From an uncultured Candidatus Saccharibacteria bacterium (GTDB lineage Bacteria > Patescibacteriota > Minisyncoccia > Phycocordibacterales > GWA1-40-21): a stretch of DNA of 64,000 nt. The position numbers and the translations under genes were made by a program. The notes under the pieces were generated by a model. The model had not been told where the DNA came from. It ran no database searches and saw nothing but the letters and a program-made list of their open reading frames with translations. How positions within the stretch are numbered: position 1 is the stretch's first letter; each line of letters begins with the position of its first letter. Shown here piece after piece: positions 18,922 to 27,099 of the stretch. The DNA lies in the NCBI GenBank assembly GCA_964513515.1, contig CAZEMP010000001.1, forward strand, positions 75,336 to 139,335, written 5' to 3'.

Positions 18922-20262
18922 TTATATAGGTAAATTTGAAGGAGCTTCTGATTTCTTTGATCCTACCCTCTTTAAAGTAGGTGTCTGAGAAACCATTCCG
19001 CTTGGAAAATGAAATACGGTTGCTAATTCCTCCGTAGTAAGTATAAAAGGCTTACACTTTCTAAAATTCTTATAAGGCCATTGGAAATAAGATCTTAGTT
19101 TGTAAGCGTAAAGAAAGCCTCTTTTCCATCTTGTTATTTTTTTATCATAATGTTTTTTCAAAAAAGGAAATATTCTCAAAAGATCTTTTTGAAAATTAGT
19201 AATATCTGCACCAGCTCCTGGCTTAAAACCATTTAAGTTATTTGAGCCAAATTGCTTAAGTCCGCCTATAAGGCCTCCGATGTTTATAGGTGTAAAAGAT
19301 TCCTTTTCGGCTATATATATACTTCTTATCATGCAGTCGAACGGTGTCTTGGAAGCGCTTCTCTCGAGTGCCGCAATAATCTCCAAATTACCTTTTGTTG
19401 GATTAGGAAATCTAACATTTTTATCATCACCCTTTTCTGGTTTGGGAAGGGTAGATTCTTTAATTTTCTTAATCTCTTCAGCAACCTCATCTTTTAGATT
19501 TTTTGATTTTCCAAAGATGGAAATAGATGCTCTCTGAAAAATATTCGCCTTTTTAGGATCAACATCTGATGTAAGTTCTCCATGGAACCAGCTTTCAGGT
19601 TCATGTTTTTGTAAAAGAATTTGTATCCATGCATTTTCTCCGGCTTTTAATGAACCAAGATATTCCAAAACTGAAGTAATTGGATCTATTTTATATTCCT
19701 CCTTCTGATCTTCATCTAGGCCGTAATCTATATATGTTTTTATTGGAAAAGCATCTTTCTTAGTGAGCGCATATTGAACTGCTGACATTTGATATTTATC
19801 CATATCAAAATAAAAATCCTTAGTATAATCATCTGCCTCAAAAATTTCTAGATTTGGATATTGAGCATACAATTGTGCTTCTACAATATTTCTAAACTTT
19901 GCTTCACTACACCAAACAAAGAAACGAACATATCCGCCAGTTGAAACGATTTCGCAAGAAAACCATGGTCTTGTTTTCCCATCTAAAAAGGCTTCGCTAT
20001 AATTTCCAGCACCACCCTGCATCAAATGAGAAAAGAATATTTCCATGGCAGCCGGAGACTTTGTTATCTCCTTGGGTAATCTTATTTCAAGTAAGCAATT
20101 CTTCTGTTTTTCTATATACTTCATTGTTACCCATCTGAATCTTACTGTCCAAAATGTATAAATGAGAGCAATAGGAATAAATATAGGTAAAATAATCAAA
20201 AGATATTTACCTATCATTACTACCGCATCTGATCTAAAAAATTCTGAGTATATATTAAACAT
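18922..20262 (-). CDS. hypothetical membrane-anchored protein
   Basis: 446 aa with an N-terminal TM helix. No nucleotide-binding motifs and no family recognised. Confidence 0.4.
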   Translation of the reverse strand: MFNIYSEFFRSDAVVMIGKYLLIILPIFIPIALIYTFWTVRFRWVTMKYIEKQKNCLLEIRLPKEITKSPAAMEIFFSHLMQGGAGNYSEAFLDGKTRPWFSCEIVSTGGYVRFFVWCSEAKFRNIVEAQLYAQYPNLEIFEADDYTKDFYFDMDKYQMSAVQYALTKKDAFPIKTYIDYGLDEDQKEEYKIDPITSVLEYLGSLKAGENAWIQILLQKHEPESWFHGELTSDVDPKKANIFQRASISIFGKSKNLKDEVAEEIKKIKESTLPKPEKGDDKNVRFPNPTKGNLEIIAALERSASKTPFDCMIRSIYIAEKESFTPINIGGLIGGLKQFGSNNLNGFKPGAGADITNFQKDLLRIFPFLKKHYDKKITRWKRGFLYAYKLRSYFQWPYKNFRKCKPFILTTEELATVFHFPSGMVSQTPTLKRVGSKKSEAPSNLPI

Positions 20263-20364
20263 TTATATATCAATTAGTATTCAATATTATAACAAAATCT
20301 TATCTTAAAAGAAAATAGTCCCTTAAACTTTTGGGACTATTTTCAGCATTTCATAAACTATAAC

Positions 20365-21399
20365 TTATTTTACTACCTCGTATTTTCCATCTTTATTTTT
20401 GTGGAAATATTTCTTATTTTGCAAATTTATAACAATAGTATTTTCTTTTACATATCTCTCCTTCATGACCTTATCCACTATTTCTTTTTTGGTCATAGGA
20501 CCATTCTTTTCAATAACTTTCTTTATAACATCTTTTACTACACCGTTCATATAACCCCATTCTGAAAGAGCATAAAGACCACGTCCAACAAGTACGAATC
20601 TAGGATCTTTTATAAGTTCATTATGAGTTGTAGCAACATGGGCCTTCTTGTTGAACACTGTTGTAATAGCCTTTGCAACTTCCTTGAAGTGTATTGGTGA
20701 TCCATGCTTTCTTATTACTAAATATGCATAATCTCTTACTCCCTTTATGCTTATGTTTGGTGACACTGTCTTTCCCCATTCACCTAATGGATTCTTAGAA
20801 ATTTTCTTTGATAGATTTAACCATCTTTTTGCAATTTCCTCTGTTCTGTACTGCTCAGAAACATCTTCAATATAACTAAGAAAAGTCTTGATCATTTCTG
20901 GCTCAACCACTAATTGATCATCTTTCAAACTTTCATATAGCTTCTTAAGAGAGTTCTGAATTTTTTCTGCAAGATTGTTGTCAATAAACCATCTGTATTT
21001 AAAATCTTCATCTTCTTTCATTTTATTGAAAGGATGACCAATAACAAGAATAAAGTTCAAACAACTTTGAGTGCTTGGATCTTTTGAAATAGCGTCGAGC
21101 AAATCTTGCTCAACAACTATACCACCCATACTTCCAATTATTTTTTCTATTTCATCAAATGTAGCTTTTTCTTCTGTGTATGATTTTGACTTTCTAATAG
21201 TATTTATAGCGTGATTTTCTATCTGTCTTACTCTCTCACGAGTAATGCCATAAGCCTTACCAATCGCATCTAAAGTCATTCGATCTGGATTCTTACCCAA
21301 GCCATATCTTTTGGTAATAATATCTCTTGATCTTTCTTGTAAAGCAACAAGAAGTTTTTTTGCAGACTGTTTTGGCTTGAAATTTAAGGCTATTTTCAT
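20365..21399 (-). CDS. protein with N-terminal sigma-70 region-4-like HTH and uncharacterised C-terminal domain
   Basis: Residues ~20-75 (RYGLGKNPDRMTLDAIGKAYGITRERVRQIENHAINTIRK) resemble sigma70 region 4. The remaining ~260 aa are unassigned. Confidence 0.5.
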   Translation of the reverse strand: MKIALNFKPKQSAKKLLVALQERSRDIITKRYGLGKNPDRMTLDAIGKAYGITRERVRQIENHAINTIRKSKSYTEEKATFDEIEKIIGSMGGIVVEQDLLDAISKDPSTQSCLNFILVIGHPFNKMKEDEDFKYRWFIDNNLAEKIQNSLKKLYESLKDDQLVVEPEMIKTFLSYIEDVSEQYRTEEIAKRWLNLSKKISKNPLGEWGKTVSPNISIKGVRDYAYLVIRKHGSPIHFKEVAKAITTVFNKKAHVATTHNELIKDPRFVLVGRGLYALSEWGYMNGVVKDVIKKVIEKNGPMTKKEIVDKVMKERYVKENTIVINLQNKKYFHKNKDGKYEVVK

Positions 21400-21463
21400 G
21401 TTCTAATATTTAATGAGTTGATACTAGCATACAATAGTAATGGCGTCAACCACCTATTGACAA

Positions 21464-24334
21464 TTATATTACAAAATTGATTATTCTGTTTTTAACAAAG
21501 ATTTTCTTAATTATTTTTACATTTTTCAACCACTTGACAACGTGTTCATTTTTTAAAGCTGTAGCTTCAACCATCTGCTCATCCGAATCTATAGGAACCT
21601 CAATAGTTGCCCTTACCTTTCCACTAATTTGAACTATTATTTTTACAATCGATGAAATTAATTTTGTATCATCATATTCAGGCCAGGCCTCAGTAACAAT
21701 AAGTTTTTTATTACCAAAATTCTTCCAAATCTCTTCGCACATATGTGGAGCAAACGGAGAAAGAATTTTTATAAAATCTAGATAAGCTTTTTTACTTATA
21801 TTTTGTTCTGATTCAAGTAGGTTTGAAAATATCATCATAGAAGATACTGCTGTGTTTGCATTGAAAGATAATATATCTTCTCCAACTTTTTTAATCGTTT
21901 TGTTTAACGATAAAATAACCCTTTCACTATCTGTAAATTTATCAATGACTTTATCTTGTAATTTCCATACTCTTTCCAAAAATCTTCTCGATCCTATCAT
22001 GCTGTCTGTACTCCATGATATCTCCTGCTCAAAAGGACCCATAAAAGATTCATAAATTCTTAATGTATCTGCACCAACATTTTTTATAACGTCATCCGGG
22101 TTAACAACATTTCCCCATCTTTTGCTCATTTTTCTTCCATCAGAGCCAAGAACTGTACCTTGATTTCTAAGTTCCTTAAATGGTTCTTTACCTGAAACAA
22201 TACCAATATCAAATAAAAACTTATGCCAAAATCTTGCATATATTAGATGTCTTGTAGCGTGCTCTGTACCACCCACATACATATCTACCGGTGACCAATA
22301 CTTTTCTTTCTTTTTATCTACAATGGCTTTATTATTTTTTGGATCAATAAATCTTAAATAATACCAAGAAGAACCGGCCCACTGTGGCATTGTGTTTGTT
22401 TCCCTTTTAGCTTTCTCTCCACAATTTGGACATTTAGTATTTACCCAACTCTTCATGTCAGCAAGAGGTGACTCTCCTGTACCTGTTGGCTCATACGATT
22501 TAACTTTTGGAAGTAAGACTGGTAAATCCTTTTCTGGCACTGGCACAACTCCGCATGTCTCACAATGAATAAGTGGTATTGGCTCTCCCCAATATCTCTG
22601 TCTTGAAAAAACCCAATTTTGGAGTTTGTATGAAGTGGTCAATTTTCCACCAGCAAATTCTGTTATGTCTTTTTTTACTTCAGTATTTTTTCTACCATCA
22701 AACCTGCCAGAATTTACCATTACTCCGTCGAGAGTATAACAATCATTGTTCAAAACTCTTTTCCACATAAGCTTTAAATCGTCACGGTTTAAAAATTTCT
22801 CCATTTCTTCTGCTGTGAGCCACTCGGTTTTGTGTAGCTTCTTTTCATGTTCTGCTATCGGAGCAGTTTCTCCATTTTTTAGTTTGTATAAAAGTGGTGT
22901 CCAGTGAGCAAGACGATTTTCATTCTTTACTGCTTGATAAAAGCTAGCATCAACTTGAAAACCTAAAGCGCGAACAAAAACTGCATTAGCATATCCAGTT
23001 TCTTCCTTTATTTCTCTGACACCAGCATCTGCTATGTCCTCATCTTCATTTACACCCCCAGTAACAAATCCTCTCCAATCATTTTTTGTCCAATGTACGC
23101 CTAAATATTTTTCTTCTGACCAATGTTTAATTATACAAACCATAACAGTTCTCTCTGTATAAGGTAAATTTTCGCGAACTGCATCATCACCAATAGTTCT
23201 TACAAATTTTGGTCTTATTACTTCTTTAATAGGAAGATTATATTTCTTTGCAAAAGCAAAATCGCGCTCATCATGAGCCGGAACCGCCATAACTGCACCT
23301 GTACCATAATGAGCAAGTACGTAGTCTGAAATATATACTGGTATTTTTTCTTTAGTAATAGGGTGCTTCACAATCACACCCTTTAAAGGGACGCCTGTTT
23401 TTTCTCTTGATTCTGATGTGCGTTCAATTTCTGATTTTGTTTTTGTAAGATTTATGTAATCTTGTACATCATTCCAATTTTCAATCTGTGGTTTTAGCTT
23501 ATCAATAAGTTTATGCTCTGGTGCTAAAACTACATAAGTTACACCAAACAAAGTATCTGGTCTTGTTGTAAAAACAATCACTTTCTCATCTGAATTGGCA
23601 ATATTAAACCATAATTCTGAACCTTCACTCTTTCCTATCCAATTCCTCTGAAGTTCTTTTATATGTTCAGGCCAGTCAAGTTCTTTTAAATCAAGAAGAA
23701 GTCTTTCTGCATAATCACGAATCTTTAACACCCATTGTCTCATTGGCTTTTTTTCAACCACTGTTCCACACCTCTCACATTTACCATCTTCCAAATCTTC
23801 ATTAGCTAGACCGGTCTTACATGAAGGACACCAATTGATCGGCTCGTTAGATTCATAAGCTAGACCCTTTTTAAAAAGTTGTAAAAAAATCCATTGTGTC
23901 CATTTGTAATATTTTGGGTCGGTCGTATTTATTTCACGATCCCAATCATAACTAAGACCAATCATCTTTATCTGCTCTTTATATCTTTTAACATTCTTCT
24001 TTACAGCAGTCGCTGGATTGATCTTCATCTTTATCGCGTATTGTTCTGCTGGTAAACCGAAAGCGTCCCATCCCATAGGATGAAGTATGTTAAAACCTTG
24101 CATTCTCTTTAGTCTAGAATATATGTCTGTTGCAATGTATCCTCTTGGATGTCCAACATGTAAACCTTCTCCAGATGGATAAGGGAACATATCCAAAACA
24201 TAGTATTTTGGATTATTATTTTTTTCAGAAGTTTTATAAACTTTTTTCTTGTCCCAAATAGCTTGCCATTTTTTCTCTATTTTTAAATGATTATATTTTA
24301 AATTCTGAGGTTTTAGTTTCATAACATTGTGCAA
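21464..24334 (-). CDS. leuS: leucyl-tRNA synthetase carrying an inserted NUDIX hydrolase domain
   Basis: HVGHPRGY (HIGH) and KMSKR motifs. The editing region TTRPDT...GTGAVMAVPAHDERD is present. An extra ~165 aa with a canonical Nudix box lies between the editing domain and the GVMVNSGRFDG block. Confidence 0.9.
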   Translation of the reverse strand: MHNVMKLKPQNLKYNHLKIEKKWQAIWDKKKVYKTSEKNNNPKYYVLDMFPYPSGEGLHVGHPRGYIATDIYSRLKRMQGFNILHPMGWDAFGLPAEQYAIKMKINPATAVKKNVKRYKEQIKMIGLSYDWDREINTTDPKYYKWTQWIFLQLFKKGLAYESNEPINWCPSCKTGLANEDLEDGKCERCGTVVEKKPMRQWVLKIRDYAERLLLDLKELDWPEHIKELQRNWIGKSEGSELWFNIANSDEKVIVFTTRPDTLFGVTYVVLAPEHKLIDKLKPQIENWNDVQDYINLTKTKSEIERTSESREKTGVPLKGVIVKHPITKEKIPVYISDYVLAHYGTGAVMAVPAHDERDFAFAKKYNLPIKEVIRPKFVRTIGDDAVRENLPYTERTVMVCIIKHWSEEKYLGVHWTKNDWRGFVTGGVNEDEDIADAGVREIKEETGYANAVFVRALGFQVDASFYQAVKNENRLAHWTPLLYKLKNGETAPIAEHEKKLHKTEWLTAEEMEKFLNRDDLKLMWKRVLNNDCYTLDGVMVNSGRFDGRKNTEVKKDITEFAGGKLTTSYKLQNWVFSRQRYWGEPIPLIHCETCGVVPVPEKDLPVLLPKVKSYEPTGTGESPLADMKSWVNTKCPNCGEKAKRETNTMPQWAGSSWYYLRFIDPKNNKAIVDKKKEKYWSPVDMYVGGTEHATRHLIYARFWHKFLFDIGIVSGKEPFKELRNQGTVLGSDGRKMSKRWGNVVNPDDVIKNVGADTLRIYESFMGPFEQEISWSTDSMIGSRRFLERVWKLQDKVIDKFTDSERVILSLNKTIKKVGEDILSFNANTAVSSMMIFSNLLESEQNISKKAYLDFIKILSPFAPHMCEEIWKNFGNKKLIVTEAWPEYDDTKLISSIVKIIVQISGKVRATIEVPIDSDEQMVEATALKNEHVVKWLKNVKIIKKIFVKNRIINFVI

Positions 24335-24400
24335 CTTTTATAAAAAATTATCTTTTAATACTACAATAAATTATCTTATTGATAAAGGGTAATAAAAAAC

Positions 24401-24428
24401 TTGACAAAAGATAGTTATGCTATATATT
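24401..24428 (+). promoter_or_regulatory. sigma70-like promoter (TTGACA-16-TATATT)
   Basis: TTGACA at 24401-24406 and TATATT at 24423-24428. Confidence 0.45.
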
Positions 24429-24468
24429 ACTAGACTTATGTTCTTTCGTTTTATATCGCAATCAATTT

Positions 24469-24660
24469 TTGTCGAGAAAACAAACCCGTAATGGAGGATC
24501 GGTGCGAGTCAGGAAGCATCACATACTCACAGGTAGGGTGATGGAGTCGTTCTGTCCCGGATTCAAGGGCTTCGACAAGAGGATGAAGGAGAGGGCGGTA
24601 CTGCGTGTGTACGACCACCTGAAGAGTCAGGGCGAGCTCGTCCACATGGGGAGGAAGTAA
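24469..24660 (+). other. GC-rich small transcription unit (structured sRNA or small basic protein; unresolved)
   Basis: Segment of ~55% GC between a near-consensus promoter and a strong terminator. The frame starting at TTG 24469 gives a 63-aa basic peptide. An internal ATG with an SD-like AGGTAGGGTG gives 40 aa. Confidence 0.3.
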
Positions 24661-24683
24661 CGCTGGGCAACCAGCAAAAAGAC

Positions 24684-24712
24684 GGCGGGGTAATCACCCC
24701 GCCTCTTTCTAT
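24684..24712. terminator. bidirectional intrinsic terminator
   Basis: GGCGGGGtaatcaCCCCGCC with T-rich runs on both strands. It also follows the rmuC stop. Confidence 0.6.
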
Positions 24713-24719
24713 TCTCATT

Positions 24720-25847
24720 TTATTCGTCTTCCCTCTCAGGTTTAGCTAATTCTAGTATTTCTAGATCTGAATCAATACCAGTGATTCTTACAACATCCTT
24801 ATCAATCTTTTTAAACTCTTTATTTGAATTATTAAAGTGACTTACCGTTGTAGAAAGTGCATTACCGAGCTTTTCTTGATATTCGCCATAGCTTCTTAAA
24901 TGTTTTTGTAAACTCTCAACGTTTTTCTTTATATCTTTTGCTGATTCTTCAATCTGAAGTGCTTTCAAACCTTGTAGAACCGTTTGTAGATATGCAAGAA
25001 ATGATGTTGGAGAAACAATAATTACATGCTTTTCTTTAAATGCGTATTCAACGAGATCTCTGGTATTTACTTTTATAGCTCCAACTTGAGATATAAGAAG
25101 ATCATAATATATAGCTTCATGCGGAATAAACATAAATGCAAAATCCATTGTCCCCTCGCCCGCCTTAACATATTTTGCCGTCTCATCTATTCTTTTCTTT
25201 AAATCTTCTTTAAAAAGTTTCTCTAATCTTTCTTTTTCAACTTGATTCTTTTCATCAACAAGACGGTTGTAATTTTCAAGAGAGAATTTGGAATCTATAG
25301 GTATTATTTTATCTTTTACAAAAACAACAGCGTCCACAATAGTTCCATCTTTAAATGAATATTGCATTTGATAGCTTCCTGTCGGTAAAACATTTTTTAG
25401 TAATGTTTCAAGATAATATTCTCCGAGAATTCCTCTTTGTTTAGGATTTTTAAGAATATCTTGCAAAGATTGAAGTTGGTCCGCAAAAGAAACTACTTGC
25501 TTATTTGTCTCATCAAGTCTTGTTAATTTTTCTGTAATATCACGAATAATATTGAAAGATTCCGTAGATTGATGTTTCAAAGATTCGTGCATTTGCTTTG
25601 AATTCTCACCTATTTTTTTATCTACAGTTCTATTAAGCTCATTGATCTGCTCTAAAATTAGCTTAAGACCAATATCTTCACCTTTGTTTTCTTTATTAGA
25701 TTCATGTTTAACTATGTAATACAGGAGAGCTGCGATTATAACTATGAGTATAAGTAAAATAATTGTTAATACTGTTGCAAAATTCATGATGTCATTATAC
25801 CAATAAATAATAAATGTGGTAATATTAAAAAGTTTAAAATTATTCAT
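24720..25847 (-). CDS. rmuC: DNA recombination protein RmuC
   Basis: N-terminal TM helix, coiled coil, and a C-terminal RmuC nuclease-like region (DFAFMFIPHEAIYY). Confidence 0.7.
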   Translation of the reverse strand: MNNFKLFNITTFIIYWYNDIMNFATVLTIILLILIVIIAALLYYIVKHESNKENKGEDIGLKLILEQINELNRTVDKKIGENSKQMHESLKHQSTESFNIIRDITEKLTRLDETNKQVVSFADQLQSLQDILKNPKQRGILGEYYLETLLKNVLPTGSYQMQYSFKDGTIVDAVVFVKDKIIPIDSKFSLENYNRLVDEKNQVEKERLEKLFKEDLKKRIDETAKYVKAGEGTMDFAFMFIPHEAIYYDLLISQVGAIKVNTRDLVEYAFKEKHVIIVSPTSFLAYLQTVLQGLKALQIEESAKDIKKNVESLQKHLRSYGEYQEKLGNALSTTVSHFNNSNKEFKKIDKDVVRITGIDSDLEILELAKPEREDE

Positions 25848-25862
25848 AATTTTGAAAAAACT

Positions 25863-26315
25863 ATGTCATTACACAAACAAATAAAGGATGGGATAAAAGA
25901 AGCTATGATAAAAAAAGATGCGCTTCGCCTTACGGTGCTTCGTAATATTTCCTCTGTTTTCACAAACGAAATGATTGCTAAAAAAATCACTACGGAAGAG
26001 CTTTCTGATGAAGATGCAATAAACATAATTAGAAGACTAGTTAAGCAAAGAAAAGATTCGATTGACCAATTTACAAAAGGAAATCGTATGGATCTTGTAA
26101 AAAATGAGGAGGATGAGATGAAAGTACTTGAAACTTTTCTTCCTAAAATGATGGAGAGAGGTGAAGTAGAAAAAATAATTAAAGCAAAAATATCAGAAGC
26201 CGGAACAATAGATAAAGCAAAGCTCGGTCAATTCATGGGAACAATAATGAAAGAACTGAAAGGAAAAGCTGATGGAATGCTTGTAAAAAATATTTTGGAG
26301 GAATTGGTAAAATAA
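25863..26315 (+). CDS. GatB/YqeY domain protein
   Basis: 150 aa with the typical YqeY helical pattern. Confidence 0.7.
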   Translation: MSLHKQIKDGIKEAMIKKDALRLTVLRNISSVFTNEMIAKKITTEELSDEDAINIIRRLVKQRKDSIDQFTKGNRMDLVKNEEDEMKVLETFLPKMMERGEVEKIIKAKISEAGTIDKAKLGQFMGTIMKELKGKADGMLVKNILEELVK

Positions 26316-26373
26316 TATTTATATATTAGACATTAAAAAGCATCTGATTTTAAAAAATTGGGTGCTTTTTAAT

Positions 26374-26401
26374 TTGACATAACTCAATATAGTGTTATAG
26401 T
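26374..26401 (+). promoter_or_regulatory. sigma70 consensus promoter (TTGACA-16-TATAGT)
   Basis: Exact -35 hexamer at 26374-26379 and TATAGT at 26396-26401. Confidence 0.5.
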
Positions 26402-26450
26402 TGAACTTGAGCTTTGTTCACCACGTCGTAAACAGAGAGGTTCTTAAACA

Positions 26451-26717
26451 GTGGCGGTAACGATCGATACGTCTCGCGTTTCGACGCAGGATGTCGCGTG
26501 CACCCGAAAATGGATCGCTATTCATGGCTTCTGCGGCCTTGCCTTCACCAAAGCGGAAGAGGAACGCAATCTCCCCTCTGGGACGATGGCGAGCTACTTC
26601 GGCAAGCGCAGACTGATGAAGAAGCGGTCTGTCGAGAGGCGCCCTTTGGAGAAGGCGCGCGTCCCCATTCCCAATTGCAGGGACTGGATGGCGGAGTGGG
26701 AGGCAAACCAGCCTTAA
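26451..26717 (+). other. GC-rich small transcription unit (88-aa GTG-initiated ORF or structured RNA; unresolved)
   Basis: ~57% GC. The ORF ends 6 nt before a strong terminator. An alternative 80-aa frame overlaps it, so coding status is ambiguous. Confidence 0.3.
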
Positions 26718-26723
26718 GAATGG

Positions 26724-26758
26724 GGGCGGGTCTAGTATAGACCCGCCCCTCTTTCATT
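26724..26758 (+). terminator. intrinsic terminator
   Basis: GGGCGGGTCTAgtataTAGACCCGCCC followed by CTCTTTCATTTG. Confidence 0.65.
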
Positions 26759-26803
26759 TGTTCAAAATATTAAAAACTGTTATATTTGTTTTTGTATTTC
26801 ATT

Positions 26804-26875
26804 GGCCTTATCGTCTAACGGTTAGGACACGGCCTTCTCAAGGCTGTAATCGGGGTTCGATTCCCCGTAAGGTCA
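26804..26875 (+). tRNA. tRNA-Glu (anticodon CTC)
   Basis: Manual fold. Acceptor GGCCTTA/TAAGGTC, D-arm GTCT..GGAC, anticodon stem CGGCC/GGCTG with loop TTCTCAA, T-arm CGGGG-TTCGATT-CCCCG, discriminator A. Confidence 0.75.
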
Positions 26876-26888
26876 CAAAAATAATAAA

Positions 26889-26926
26889 CCTGACACAAAG
26901 TATTGTGTCAGGTGATTATATTTTTG
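26889..26926 (+). terminator. intrinsic terminator after tRNA-Glu
   Basis: CCTGACACAaagtatTGTGTCAGG followed by TGATTATATTTTTG. Confidence 0.5.
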
Positions 26927-26931
26927 TAGAG

Positions 26932-26947
26932 CTTACGGGGAATCGAA
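26932..26947. repeat. 16-nt inverted copy of the tRNA-Glu T-arm/acceptor 3' segment
   Basis: CTTACGGGGAATCGAA is the reverse complement of tRNA positions 26856-26871. Confidence 0.5.
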
Positions 26948-27099
26948 AGACGAAGCGGGGCCCAAAGGAAAAACTAATAACACAATATAAAAATTATCAT
27001 TTGTAAATTGATAATAAAATATTTAAATGTTAAATTTTTTATAGAAGTACACGTCCCGTCACAGCGCGGGGCATAACCCAAAAAAGAGGTTCAAACCAA

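Noticed and set aside
24451-24645. 64-aa minus-strand ORF in GC-rich unit #1
   Set aside because: The promoter and terminator orientation indicate plus-strand transcription, so this is an antisense chance frame in GC-rich DNA.
24435-24710. SRP RNA (4.5S) identity for GC-rich unit #1 based on a GUCAGG…AAGCA stretch
   Set aside because: The conserved domain IV core (GGUCCGGAAGGAAGCAGC and the symmetric loop partner) is not intact. The resemblance is too partial to call.
26758-27006. 82-aa plus-strand ORF
   Set aside because: It runs through tRNA-Glu and its terminator and is spurious.
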